DNA from: an uncultured bacterium
GTDB lineage: Bacteria; Patescibacteriota; Minisyncoccia; Phycocordibacterales; GWA1-40-21
Assembly (NCBI GenBank): GCA_963840885.1
Contig: CAWJAN010000001.1
Location: forward strand, 9,669 to 73,668
Length of the DNA stretch: 64,000 bases
Reading direction: 5' to 3'
Under the pieces are notes generated by a model, which was not told where the DNA came from, searched no databases, and was given only the letters and a program-made list of their open reading frames with translations. Both the position numbers and the translations under genes were made by a program. Below are positions 22,635 to 32,257 of this stretch, piece by piece (within the stretch, counting starts at the first letter, position 1; every line of letters begins with the position of its first letter).

Positions 22635-23180
22635 TTAAAGGCTTTTTATGAATTCTTCGAGATGCTCTCCTACAAGCGCGGCATCGGCGCTTTCTTTTAT
22701 GTCGGCAACAGATCTTATATTGCTTGCCTGGCAAATCCATCCTCCGAAAATTTTCCTGGCTTCTTCGAAAGTTTCTTTCTTCTGACCTCCGGTATTCAGG
22801 TCTCTCGTATTCCATACCACTTTCATGTCTCTCGGTATTTTCTTGAGTTCTTCAAGATTAAGCGGCTCTATAAAGACCTTATTCAAATGGACTTTAGGAA
22901 TTCTTCCAACAACAAGAACATAATCAGCCCCGGCTTCCAGGGCCCTTTCTATTTCAGAATCCTTTTTATGTATTCCTTTGGCAAGAATAGGCTTTCTTGT
23001 CATACTCCTTGCCATCGTTATTTTGTTTAGCGAGCCGCCCCAGCGCTTGTCCGTGTGGACAGAAATCATGTCGCCGTATTTGCTGGCTATTTCAAAAAGC
23101 TCGTCCCAAGTCTTTTCCGATTTGAATCCAAACGGCGATTCTGTCTTTACCTCTGCAATGAGCTGGAATTTTCTGCTCAT
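22635..23180 (-). CDS. TrpC-like (indole-3-glycerol-phosphate synthase family) TIM-barrel protein, short form
   Basis: LIAEVKTESPFGF resembles the IGPS IAEIKRASPSKG motif; GADYVLVVGRI. Confidence 0.4.
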   Translation of the reverse strand: MSRKFQLIAEVKTESPFGFKSEKTWDELFEIASKYGDMISVHTDKRWGGSLNKITMARSMTRKPILAKGIHKKDSEIERALEAGADYVLVVGRIPKVHLNKVFIEPLNLEELKKIPRDMKVVWNTRDLNTGGQKKETFEEARKIFGGWICQASNIRSVADIKESADAALVGEHLEEFIKSL

Positions 23181-24010
23181 TTTTTTATTTCAACAAGGCT
23201 TCCGCTTGTATATTTAAGGTATTTCGAGACTCCGAGAGACGGCGCAGTTGTCATCGGTTCGCCTGGATTTCTATCCGCATAATTTGCGATTATTTCCCCG
23301 TTTTTGATTTCCGTCTGCTGGGGCGCAATGCGGTCGCCGAGGAGCACGGCATTCGTTCCGCTATATCCGCCCGATGTTTTTATTGCGGCAACGATATAAA
23401 AGAATGTTCCGCTTCCGCCTGTATCTTGAGTGAGAATGAAAGCAGTATCATCCACGCCGTCGCCATTTATATCTCCGTATGCTTCATTGCCGAAATATTT
23501 TGTGGTGATTTTTGAAGCCGAGCCTGGAGCCGCTTCCGTTTCTGAGACTCCGCTTACAAGGGTTATCTGTTCGCCATTTATGGTATAAGTGCCATTTTTT
23601 GGACTATCCGATATATGCTGGAATTTTACCGCACAGTTCATATAATTTTTCTCAGCGCCGTTTTCAAGCACTAGCGCACTGTCGCCTTTGCTCCAGAAAA
23701 CAAAAGATTCATCTTCATTCGTATATCGCACGCCGTCTGCGGAAATTGTCTGGCGAAGAGTCATATTCCTTTCATCGCTTAATTTTATATTCGCTATTCC
23801 GCCAGGAGTTGGCGGCATACCCGGAGTAGTTGATGCCGCTTCGCCTTCATATAATTGTGCCGTTATGGTTTTTCCACCATCGCAGGAATAGATGAGCGAA
23901 TTCAAAAGACTTTCTTTTATAATTTTTTGCTGCTCTGATTTTAATACGAAAATAGCGGTAATTATGGCAATAATGATCGCAATAATTATTGATAACTTGT
24001 ATTTTCTCAT
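23177..24010 (-). CDS. membrane-anchored extracellular protein of unknown function
   Basis: N-terminal TM MRKYKLSIIIAIIIAIITAIFVL, then Gly/Thr-rich beta-type domains. Confidence 0.5.
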   Translation of the reverse strand: MRKYKLSIIIAIIIAIITAIFVLKSEQQKIIKESLLNSLIYSCDGGKTITAQLYEGEAASTTPGMPPTPGGIANIKLSDERNMTLRQTISADGVRYTNEDESFVFWSKGDSALVLENGAEKNYMNCAVKFQHISDSPKNGTYTINGEQITLVSGVSETEAAPGSASKITTKYFGNEAYGDINGDGVDDTAFILTQDTGGSGTFFYIVAAIKTSGGYSGTNAVLLGDRIAPQQTEIKNGEIIANYADRNPGEPMTTAPSLGVSKYLKYTSGSLVEIKK

Positions 24011-24504
24011 TTCTTTATTATATCTGAAATATCCCTGAGTATTTCTCCGGCATGGTTTACCGGATCGACATTGTCGTATGCTTTCAGGATGATTCCGTCC
24101 TTGCCTATTATGTATGAGATCCTTTTTGTCCCGGGGTTACCGAAAATTTCTTTTGAAGCCTCGTAGTCGTTTATAACTTTTCTGTCAGAGTCCGATAAAA
24201 GCGTAAATGGAAGATTGTATTTGTCGGCAAATTTCTTATGGCTTTCCACGCTGTCTTTGCTGATGCCGAAAACTTTCACGCACTGCTTTTGAAATCCGCT
24301 GTACATATCGCGTATAGTGCAGGCTTCTTTCGTGCATCCCGGAGTATCGTCTTTCGGATAAAAATAAACCAAAACAAGCTCGCCTTTGTGAGATGAAAGA
24401 GAATGTTCTTTCCCGTTCTGGTCTTTAAGTTTGAAATCCGGCGCTTTTGTTCCTACTTTTAACATGATTGTATTATACCAGAGATTACTTTTTTCTTTCC
24501 CCAC
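24007..24504 (-). CDS. bcp: peroxiredoxin (Bcp-type thiol peroxidase, AhpC/TSA family)
   Basis: LKVGTKAPDFKLKDQNGKEHSL..YFYPKDDTPGCTKEAC; probable true start is the internal Met at 24465. Confidence 0.8.
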   Translation of the reverse strand: MGKEKSNLWYNTIMLKVGTKAPDFKLKDQNGKEHSLSSHKGELVLVYFYPKDDTPGCTKEACTIRDMYSGFQKQCVKVFGISKDSVESHKKFADKYNLPFTLLSDSDRKVINDYEASKEIFGNPGTKRISYIIGKDGIILKAYDNVDPVNHAGEILRDISDIIKK

Positions 24505-25645
24505 TCTTTTTCGGCTTGTAGTATTTCTTTCCTTTCAGCTTCTCCGGCAGCAAATCTTCCTTAGGATAGCGTTCATATCCTTTTCCATAGTCCAGGTTTT
24601 TCATAAGCTTCGTCACGGGATTGCGTATCATAAGCGGTATGGGCAAGTTGCCGTATTTCTTGGCGTCCTCGAGCGCTTCCATATATGCTTCATAAGAAGC
24701 TTTTGTTTTTGGCGCTAGAGAAAGATAGACGACACCATGAGCGAGGTTGATTCCGCATTCTGGCAGGCCGATGGTTTCTACCGCTTTGAAGACTTCATTG
24801 GCAACGACTAGCGCCGTAGGCTGTGCCATTCCTATATCTTCAGAAGCGAAAATCACCATTCTTCTGGCGATGAATTTCGGATCTTCGCCGGATTCAATCA
24901 TCCTTGCAAGATAATACAGCGCCGCATCCGGCTGCGATGCGCGCATGCTTTTTATAAATGCCGAAATAGTATTGTAATGCTCATCGCTTTTCTTGTCGTA
25001 GCGCAGGAATTTAGACTGCAAGGTTTTTTTCAGGTTTTCAATAGTTATTTCCTTATACAAGCTCGCCGTATTTTCTATCATCGCTATCGCCTGCCTTGCA
25101 TCGCCATTTGCCATTTGCACAAGCCAGTCGCTCGCATCTTTTTTGAGCTTGTATCCTGTGCGTTTTATTATTTCCCTTATCTCATCGTCAGAAAGCTCTT
25201 CCATGACAAAAACCCTGGCGCGGGAAAGAAGCGCAGGAATGATTTCAAAGCTCGGGTTTTCTGTCGTGGCGCCGATGAGGACGAGCCTGCCGCTTTCTAC
25301 AAATGGCAAAAGAAAATCCTGCTGAGCCTTGTTGAAGCGGTGGATTTCATCTAAGAAAAGAACTGTCGGCCCGAGCAATCCTCCAGCGCGAGTATCCACG
25401 ATTCTCCTGATATCATCCTTCCCTGCGGAAACTGCAGAAAGCTCAAAATAGCTTGCGTCTATAGCTTTAGAATATATCCTTGCAAAAGTAGTCTTGCCGA
25501 TTCCCGGCGGTCCCCAAAGTATGAATGAAAAGACATGCTTTTTATCTATCGCTTCGCGAAGCGGCTTGCCTTCGCCCACAAGATGCTTCTGCCCGATGAA
25601 TTCATCAAGTTTCTGCGGCCTTATTTTATGCGCGAGTGGTTCCAT
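24485..25645 (-). CDS. rarA: replication-associated recombination protein A (AAA+ ATPase)
   Basis: [45 protein letters not shown]. Confidence 0.85.
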   Translation of the reverse strand: MEPLAHKIRPQKLDEFIGQKHLVGEGKPLREAIDKKHVFSFILWGPPGIGKTTFARIYSKAIDASYFELSAVSAGKDDIRRIVDTRAGGLLGPTVLFLDEIHRFNKAQQDFLLPFVESGRLVLIGATTENPSFEIIPALLSRARVFVMEELSDDEIREIIKRTGYKLKKDASDWLVQMANGDARQAIAMIENTASLYKEITIENLKKTLQSKFLRYDKKSDEHYNTISAFIKSMRASQPDAALYYLARMIESGEDPKFIARRMVIFASEDIGMAQPTALVVANEVFKAVETIGLPECGINLAHGVVYLSLAPKTKASYEAYMEALEDAKKYGNLPIPLMIRNPVTKLMKNLDYGKGYERYPKEDLLPEKLKGKKYYKPKKSGERKK

Positions 25646-25736
25646 GAGTTAAGTATTACATTTTCATAAAAAATGAAAATATTGACAAAAAGCAGATAAA
25701 AAATGCCAGGAATTTCCTGGCGTCCAAAATAAATTC

Positions 25737-26195
25737 TTAAGAAGTCAAAAGATTGCCGCGTAGGGTTTTTGTGCTGAAATAAAGCGCTAGTACCGAGAGT
25801 ATGAAAAGAAGCACGTTTGCCAGGAAGAATAAGTCTGTGTAATCGCCTGCATAAGATGCTATAGTCTGATATCCGAAAACTACGGAAGCCGCTATTGAGA
25901 TGACAAAATCTATTATTATTATCACTGCCGATTTTGGATTGGTAAGCCCTGCGAAAATAGTGAATCCGACGACGGCGATAATGGAAAGGAGCGACTGCAA
26001 GAGCAATTGGTATTTGAAAAACGGCGTCGTCACTATCATTACGATAGCTATGAGCAGATAGATAAACCTGACTTCATCACCGTAATAGTGCCTTGAGGCC
26101 ACCTCCATATTATTCTTGTTTACGATATTTCTTATTTTATTTTCTGTTTCCGGCTTCATATTTTTAATTATACGATAAAAACCTATCAGATACAA
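25737..26195 (-). CDS. hypothetical integral membrane protein
   Basis: 152 aa, four predicted TM helices, no recognised domain. Confidence 0.45.
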   Translation of the reverse strand: MYLIGFYRIIKNMKPETENKIRNIVNKNNMEVASRHYYGDEVRFIYLLIAIVMIVTTPFFKYQLLLQSLLSIIAVVGFTIFAGLTNPKSAVIIIIDFVISIAASVVFGYQTIASYAGDYTDLFFLANVLLFILSVLALYFSTKTLRGNLLTS

Positions 26196-28229
26196 TTAAA
26201 CCGTTAAACTCAATTCTTGAGCGAAAAATGCAAGCATAAGAGCCTGACTTTCCACTATTTTTGTAATAGGTTTTCCTGAACCATGTCCAGCATCCATTTC
26301 AGTAAAAATTAATACCTTATTATTTTTATTTACCGATTGTAATATTGCTGTCATTTTTCGGGCATGAAGCGGATCAACTCTTGTATCTTTTTCCGCAGTA
26401 GTAAAAAGAAAATTCGGATATTCAATTCCTTGTTTTACATTATGATACGGGCTCCATTTTAAGATATTTTCTAATTCCTCTTTTATTTCCGGATTTCCAT
26501 ATTCGTGAATCCAGCGAATGGCAATTCCAAACTTTGGGAATCTCACCATGTCAGTCAATGGAACCCGGGAACAAACAGCTTTAAATAAATCTGGACGCTG
26601 AATAGCAACCACAGAGACAAGTAATCCGCCATTACTTCCGCCCAAGATGCCTAATTGGCCCGCATTTGTATATTTTTTAGATACCAAATATTCAGCAGCT
26701 GCAATAAAATCATCAAAAGAGTTTTGCTTATGTTTTTTCATTCCTCCTTTATGCCATGATTCTCCAAATTCATTGCCTCCGCGTATATTTGCAATCGCAA
26801 AAATACCTTCTCTTTCCATCCACGGTATCCAACTTCTTGTAAATACGGGCGTTTCATTATTACCAAATCCACCGTATCCATATAAAATGGTCGGATTTTT
26901 TCCATTAAGCACAACATTTTTCTTATGTATGATAAACACTGGTACTTTCGTTCCATCCTTTGACACGCACCATTCCTGTTTTACTTCATAATCATCGGGA
27001 TTTATGGGATTATCAGTTTTTCGGTTTATTGAATACTTTTTTGCCTTCGGATCGTAATAATAAAGAATTTTAGGAAATGTAAAAGAATCTACTCCATAAA
27101 AAAATTCCTCTTCTTCTCTATTTGTAGACATCCCGGCAAGACTCGAGTATTGCGGAAGCGGAATTTTTCCGGCTTCTTTGCCTTGATAATCAAATATAAC
27201 GACTTCGGAGCAAGCATTTACTAGATATTCAATAATAATTTGATTTTTTGTAACATGGTACGACTCGAGGGATACATTCCTTTCAGGAATAAACTCCTTC
27301 CAATCATCTATTGGTTTATAGAGATCATTAAATGTCGTCCAAAGAATTCTTCCGTTGTTTGCCTTATAGTTTGTATATAGGAGAACTTTATCGGCCAGAA
27401 AGGATATTGAAGATTTTGCTTTTACTCCTACAATAAAATCTTTTGTTTCTCTTGTTTTTGTATCATAAATATACAGGTCATTCTCAGTCCATGTCTGAGA
27501 AGCATAAATAGACAAATACCTTCCATCGATAGAAATAGTAAGACCAATCATGTCGTCTTTAGGCCTTCCTTCGCCAAAAATAAGTTCATCGGCATCTGGA
27601 TTATCTCCTAATTTATGAAAATAAACTTTGGAATGCAAATGCTCTTCATTTTTAGGCACCGTTCCTGGTCGTGGATTTCTCACATAAAAAAACCCGGAAT
27701 CATCAGGCAGCCATGTTATTGCCGCAAGCCTGCAATGAACAATCTCTTCCTTTAAATTTTCATTCGAATCGACATCCTTGATATATATTGTTGCCATTTC
27801 ATTACCGCCCTCTGAAATACCGTATGCAACGTATTTACCGCTACGGGATTTGTTCCAATAATCTATGGAAACCGTATTACCCTCTCTTTTGCCATTTGGA
27901 TCAAAAATTGTTACAGGAGAACCATTGAATCCATTTTTCATATAAAGAACAAATTGGTCTTGGTCCTGCTTACGTTCCATATAGAAATATCGTCCATTAG
28001 TAAAAGTCGGATTGGAAAAATTAGCCGCTTTAAAATTTTTAGTCAGTTCATTGGAGAATGTTTCGAAAACATTATTTTTTAGGACAGAATCAGTATATTC
28101 ATTTTCATTTTTTATCCAATTTTTGACTTCAGGATCATTTGCATTTTCAAGCCAGCGATATGGATCATATACCTTTATACCTTGTATTTCATCTACAATC
28201 TTTTCTTTTTTAATCTTAGAAAAATCCAT
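26196..28229 (-). CDS. prolyl oligopeptidase (S9A serine peptidase)
   Basis: VYDPYRWLEN N-terminal propeller motif; C-terminal GGSNGGLL catalytic Ser; 677 aa. Confidence 0.85.
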   Translation of the reverse strand: MDFSKIKKEKIVDEIQGIKVYDPYRWLENANDPEVKNWIKNENEYTDSVLKNNVFETFSNELTKNFKAANFSNPTFTNGRYFYMERKQDQDQFVLYMKNGFNGSPVTIFDPNGKREGNTVSIDYWNKSRSGKYVAYGISEGGNEMATIYIKDVDSNENLKEEIVHCRLAAITWLPDDSGFFYVRNPRPGTVPKNEEHLHSKVYFHKLGDNPDADELIFGEGRPKDDMIGLTISIDGRYLSIYASQTWTENDLYIYDTKTRETKDFIVGVKAKSSISFLADKVLLYTNYKANNGRILWTTFNDLYKPIDDWKEFIPERNVSLESYHVTKNQIIIEYLVNACSEVVIFDYQGKEAGKIPLPQYSSLAGMSTNREEEEFFYGVDSFTFPKILYYYDPKAKKYSINRKTDNPINPDDYEVKQEWCVSKDGTKVPVFIIHKKNVVLNGKNPTILYGYGGFGNNETPVFTRSWIPWMEREGIFAIANIRGGNEFGESWHKGGMKKHKQNSFDDFIAAAEYLVSKKYTNAGQLGILGGSNGGLLVSVVAIQRPDLFKAVCSRVPLTDMVRFPKFGIAIRWIHEYGNPEIKEELENILKWSPYHNVKQGIEYPNFLFTTAEKDTRVDPLHARKMTAILQSVNKNNKVLIFTEMDAGHGSGKPITKIVESQALMLAFFAQELSLTV

Positions 28230-28579
28230 TTTGAGTGATTTGTTTTATTTAAAAAAATGGGGGATCTTAAGTTTCCCCCATTTTTGCTGTGCCAATGGCC
28301 TGAGAGGCCTATTGGTCAGGTATTTCCGGATTGTTCCCTTGTTCGGTTGCGGCATCGTCATCGATGTCAGTATCCGGTTCATCTGGGCCGAGATAAGGCA
28401 TAAACGTTTACCCCCTTTCATAGAATGAACTGCATACCAATATATTAACAAGTATAATAGATTAATCAAAATAATGTATTTTATTGACTAACTCTATAAA
28501 TAATGTTATTACATTATCAGTTGAACATTAAATACTAAAGAGTTTGAAATGCTACTTACAATAAGTTCGGGAGGATAGA

Positions 28580-29146
28580 ATGACCTTATCAAAGAGGAAT
28601 GACTGGAAGAGGCGCCTTGTCTCTTTCAGAAATCATATGATTTTCATCTTTCAGCCGTTTTGCATCGCTCTTTTGATTACGGCTGCCTGGTACCAGTTTT
28701 ATCTGCGCGGATGGAATTTTTCATCGGACGATGAGCCTGTACTGATAGGAGCGATTATCGGTACCTTGGCAATAGCTTTTTCCATCACGGCTTCAACTGT
28801 TTTCGAGTCAACATGGAAAAAGTATCAGACTGTGGTGATATGCGTGCTGAAGGGAGACCGCAATACGTTTCTGTATTACAGGGATGAGCGTCTGCCCATC
28901 ATTATTCATATCCTGCTTCTGACCTTTACCACGATGATTATCATTATGGTCGGAGGAATCCATTACAAGCATCTTGTAAGCGGAATCGTGTCTGTATTTT
29001 CAATCTCATTCGTTCTTATCCTATACTTTATCGTTATCGTCGAGCTGCAAAACCCTGCGAAGGCTTTGTGGTTTGCTGAAAGGATTCCGAAGGAGTGGCT
29101 CGAAGTCGATATCGATAAGCATTTCAAACTTGATAGGAGGAAATAA
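28580..29146 (+). CDS. hypothetical membrane protein
   Basis: 188 aa, multiple TM helices. Confidence 0.45.
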   Translation: MTLSKRNDWKRRLVSFRNHMIFIFQPFCIALLITAAWYQFYLRGWNFSSDDEPVLIGAIIGTLAIAFSITASTVFESTWKKYQTVVICVLKGDRNTFLYYRDERLPIIIHILLLTFTTMIIIMVGGIHYKHLVSGIVSVFSISFVLILYFIVIVELQNPAKALWFAERIPKEWLEVDIDKHFKLDRRK

Positions 29147-29185
29147 ACAGCCTCAAAAAAAGCCCGGCGCATATCGCCCGGGCTT

Positions 29186-29722
29186 TTATTTTTTCTTTAT
29201 AACCCTTTTCTTATATTCGGAAAACATCATGATTGTTTTTGTGTCCTTAATTCTATCCATATAGCCAAGGCCGTTTAAATGATCTATCTCATGCTGGAAA
29301 ATTATTGCCCAAAAGCCGGATGCTTTTTCAACAACTTTCTTCCCGTTTTCATTATAATATTCAACGGTAATATCTTTTGCTCTAGGTACCATAGCCCTTA
29401 TCCCTCTTAAACTTAGGCATCCTTCCCAGCCATTAATTTTATTTTTTGAGTATTTCAGGATTTTTGGATTCACAACCACAATCGGACCTTTACGCTTTAA
29501 TTTCGGTCTGTTCACCGACGGGCGCATTTCCATTACAGCAAGGCTTAATGGCTGGCCAATCTGCGGAGCGGCCAAGCCGACGCCGTTATCGCGCCTCATC
29601 GTATAGAGCATATTTTTAATAAGCTTTTTGCCTTTAGCGGATTTAAGAAATTTTAGCGGAACTTTTTTAGCTTTGGAACGCAAAATCGGATTGCCGAATA
29701 GTGTACGAGGTAAAATTTTCAT
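29186..29722 (-). CDS. def: peptide deformylase (copy 1)
   Basis: Motifs GVGLAAPQIG, EGCLS, HEIDHLNG. Confidence 0.85.
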   Translation of the reverse strand: MKILPRTLFGNPILRSKAKKVPLKFLKSAKGKKLIKNMLYTMRRDNGVGLAAPQIGQPLSLAVMEMRPSVNRPKLKRKGPIVVVNPKILKYSKNKINGWEGCLSLRGIRAMVPRAKDITVEYYNENGKKVVEKASGFWAIIFQHEIDHLNGLGYMDRIKDTKTIMMFSEYKKRVIKKK

Positions 29723-29804
29723 GAGCTGATTATATCAGATTAAAATGTCAAAGAAAAAGCCCCGCGTGCTACGCCGCGGGGCTTGTATTTTTTAATGACT
29801 CTTA

Positions 29805-30209
29805 CTATAGAGTCAAAAGAATTGCTGAAGCGATAGCGCAAACGAAGCCGATTCCCTGTTTGAGAGTTAGGCCGTCAATATACGCTTTATACACGGCAGA
29901 GATGGCGATCTCCAAGACAAATGTGATAACAATCAAAAGTCCCACATTTGCCGCTGTCGATTTTGCAAGCATTCCATTAAAAAGCAGTGTTCCAACCCCT
30001 CCGAGAATGCTCGCAATCACCACGAACCACCAGTTCACGCCGGCTGTGTTTCCGATATTACCAATGGTAAATGGATACACAACCACAAGCATAATGCCGA
30101 TGAAGAAAAGCGACGACGCATTGCCGCCAAGGCCGCTTTTGTTCATGATAAGCGGCCAAATACCCCAACAGATGCCAGTCAAAACGGATTTCACTATCAG
30201 TTCTTGCAT
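29805..30209 (-). CDS. small EamA/DMT-like 4-TM membrane protein
   Basis: 134 aa, four TM helices. Confidence 0.45.
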   Translation of the reverse strand: MQELIVKSVLTGICWGIWPLIMNKSGLGGNASSLFFIGIMLVVVYPFTIGNIGNTAGVNWWFVVIASILGGVGTLLFNGMLAKSTAANVGLLIVITFVLEIAISAVYKAYIDGLTLKQGIGFVCAIASAILLTL

Positions 30210-30413
30210 GGACGCCTCGTTTCTAGCTAGGAATGACCAACCTGGAATTTAGATTACAATGAATAAGAGGAATGTCAATTTGATTTTTTATTTCTTTTAA
30301 AACAGATGCGATTTTTTCAGATATTTGCATATTATGTTTCATTCTACAGATATTTTTATATCTTTGTAAGATTAAATTTTTCGACGCGACTCGTGTGCTC
30401 GAACTACGCACGT

Positions 30414-30444
30414 GCTAGCTGGCAGTCTAGGACGATGTTGGAAC
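30414..30444. repeat. tRNA-Gln 3'-end-like repeat, copy R1
   Basis: GCTAGCTGGCAGTCTAGGACGATGTTGGAAC; immediately 3' of the minus-strand DUF305 gene. Confidence 0.6.
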
Positions 30445-30453
30445 AATCATCAC

Positions 30454-30900
30454 TCAATTTAAAGATTGAAGTTTGGTTTTCATCCAATCAATCTGTGATT
30501 GTTGGCTTGAAATTATATCTTTGCATAACTGTTGAATTTCAGTGTCTTGTAGGTTGGCTTTATTGCACATTAGTATCGCAGCACCATGATGAGATATCAT
30601 TGATTTTAGAAATTCTTTATCCGAGATACCAGTCTGGTTGCGTATGAAAATAAAAGACACAACAAGAAAAAAAATACTTATAATCATAGTAATAATTTTT
30701 GTTTTATTTTCGTACATTGATCCCATCACTGCTATTTCAATTAGTACCATAGCAGATGTCATGGCGAGTACCATGTAGACTTGATCCAGGTTTATGTAGA
30801 TATTACCAAAAGTATCAACCATCATGTACATAAGTACAAACATCACGCAGAATGAAAGTACAATCATTATGAAAAATTTAGATAATTTTATATGTTCCAT
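30454..30900 (-). CDS. DUF305-family membrane protein
   Basis: MISHHGAAILMC motif of DUF305 plus N-terminal TM helices. Confidence 0.55.
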   Translation of the reverse strand: MEHIKLSKFFIMIVLSFCVMFVLMYMMVDTFGNIYINLDQVYMVLAMTSAMVLIEIAVMGSMYENKTKIITMIISIFFLVVSFIFIRNQTGISDKEFLKSMISHHGAAILMCNKANLQDTEIQQLCKDIISSQQSQIDWMKTKLQSLN

Positions 30901-30933
30901 ACAACTAAATTATATCAGACTTAAAAAGTATTT

Positions 30934-30960
30934 GCTGGCCGTCTGGGACGATGTTGGAAC
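30934..30960. repeat. tRNA-Gln 3'-end-like repeat, copy R2
   Basis: GCTGGCCGTCTGGGACGATGTTGGAAC, 3' of the DUF2726 gene. Confidence 0.6.
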
Positions 30961-30964
30961 TAAA

Positions 30965-31468
30965 TTAAGACTTTAAATAAGGTAATATATTACTTACTGA
31001 TTCATAAAAATTATGACCAACCTTAATAGTTATTAACGGTAAGTCAGCTTCTTTAAATATCTGTTGTTTTTCTTTATCCATTGTTATTCTATCTAATCTG
31101 TTGTGAGAACTACCATTTAATTCAATTGCAACTATCGGTTTAAAATTTTGATCACAAATTACAAAATCTATATGTCTAGGTAATATTTTATTTCTTCTTT
31201 TATAGAAACCGGGACCATTAACAGCATCTATAACATCAGCTATACGCATATTAGGAAAAATATAATAATCTTGTGGTAGTTGTTTCCTTAATTCAAAAAA
31301 TAAAGCTGATTCAGTATGATTCATAATCTTGAATCTTTTCTTGTATCCGACGATAGATTTTTTGTCTATGACAGGAGCATGATGTCCTACAATTCTAATA
31401 TTTTCATAAAATTTTAGAATTAATATGACAACAAAAATTGCAATAATATACCAAATTAAGAAAATCAT
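30965..31468 (-). CDS. DUF2726-family protein (PD-(D/E)xK nuclease-like) with N-terminal TM
   Basis: IDFVICDQNFKPIVAIELNGSSH core typical of DUF2726. Confidence 0.55.
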   Translation of the reverse strand: MIFLIWYIIAIFVVILILKFYENIRIVGHHAPVIDKKSIVGYKKRFKIMNHTESALFFELRKQLPQDYYIFPNMRIADVIDAVNGPGFYKRRNKILPRHIDFVICDQNFKPIVAIELNGSSHNRLDRITMDKEKQQIFKEADLPLITIKVGHNFYESVSNILPYLKS

Positions 31469-31500
31469 ATTTAAAAGTATATCAAATTATAAATCTATTT

Positions 31501-31570
31501 GCTGGGGCTCGTGAGAGACGTTAGAACTGCGGTACTAGAATCCAATCACGATTACACTCTAAATATACCC
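31501..31570. repeat. tRNA-Gln 3'-end-like repeat, long form, copy R3
   Basis: GCTGGGGCTCGTGAGAGACGTTAGAACTGCGGTACTAGAATCCAATCACGATTACACTCTAAATATACC; near-identical to R4 and about 80% identical to R5 over the shared part. Confidence 0.7.
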
Positions 31571-31652
31571 GAGTTTTTTAAAAAAGAAAAATCGGACGAT
31601 ATAACCGATCTAAAATTCGTTGTATAAGGCTTTGCCACGATGAAAAAACTCG

Positions 31653-31982
31653 CTAGGAAACTTTGCTTTTAAGTTCTTTTATATAAGTTTTAAAAATCCA
31701 CTTTTCAAGGCGATTGTTTAAAAAATCATCATCAATACCATCAGCTGATATAGCTAATGCCCATTCTATTCCGAGTTTTTCATTCTTAAAAAATACAGCC
31801 TTACTCATCTTTTGGTCTTCTTTTTTAATTGGTTTACTATCTTTATCAAAAGTCATTTTAGATTCTTTTACATATACTTCCAAATCAGGGTCAATATCGT
31901 TAATAAGGGACTCGGCTTTCTCTTTTGTCTTCTCAAACCAATCTATTTCAGCAATATTTTCTTTTATGTTTAGTGTTTCCAT
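31653..31982 (-). CDS. hypothetical protein
   Basis: 109 aa acidic ORF, no recognised domain. Confidence 0.4.
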   Translation of the reverse strand: METLNIKENIAEIDWFEKTKEKAESLINDIDPDLEVYVKESKMTFDKDSKPIKKEDQKMSKAVFFKNEKLGIEWALAISADGIDDDFLNNRLEKWIFKTYIKELKSKVS

Positions 31983-32049
31983 ATTTTATATATTAACACA
32001 AATATATAATTTCTGACTTGACTTGAGCGTCGCAAGTGCTGGCTGGGGC

Positions 32050-32122
32050 TCGTGAGAGACGTTAGAACTGCGGTACTAAATTCCGATCAAGATTACACCC
32101 TAAATATACCTGAATTCCTAGG
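32050..32122. repeat. tRNA-Gln 3'-end-like repeat, long form, copy R4
   Basis: GCTGGCTGGGGCTCGTGAGAGACGTTAGAACTGCGGTACTAAATTCCGATCAAGATTACACCCTAAATATACC. Confidence 0.7.
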
Positions 32123-32257
32123 AGAGGAAAAGTCAGGTGATGACTATGTATCATCTCTTTTTCCGTTTTTACAACAAGGGTGAGAAATATGTTGTCCTAC
32201 AACTCGGTATTTTTTGTATGATTTAATAAACAGTGCCAAAAATGAAGTTTCCCATTT

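Noticed and set aside
28245-28469. 74-aa minus-strand ORF between the prolyl oligopeptidase and the next gene
   Set aside because: It contains the intergenic terminator-like hairpin GGGGGATCTTAAGTTTCCCCC and a second palindrome, and has no coding-like composition. It is probably non-coding spacer.
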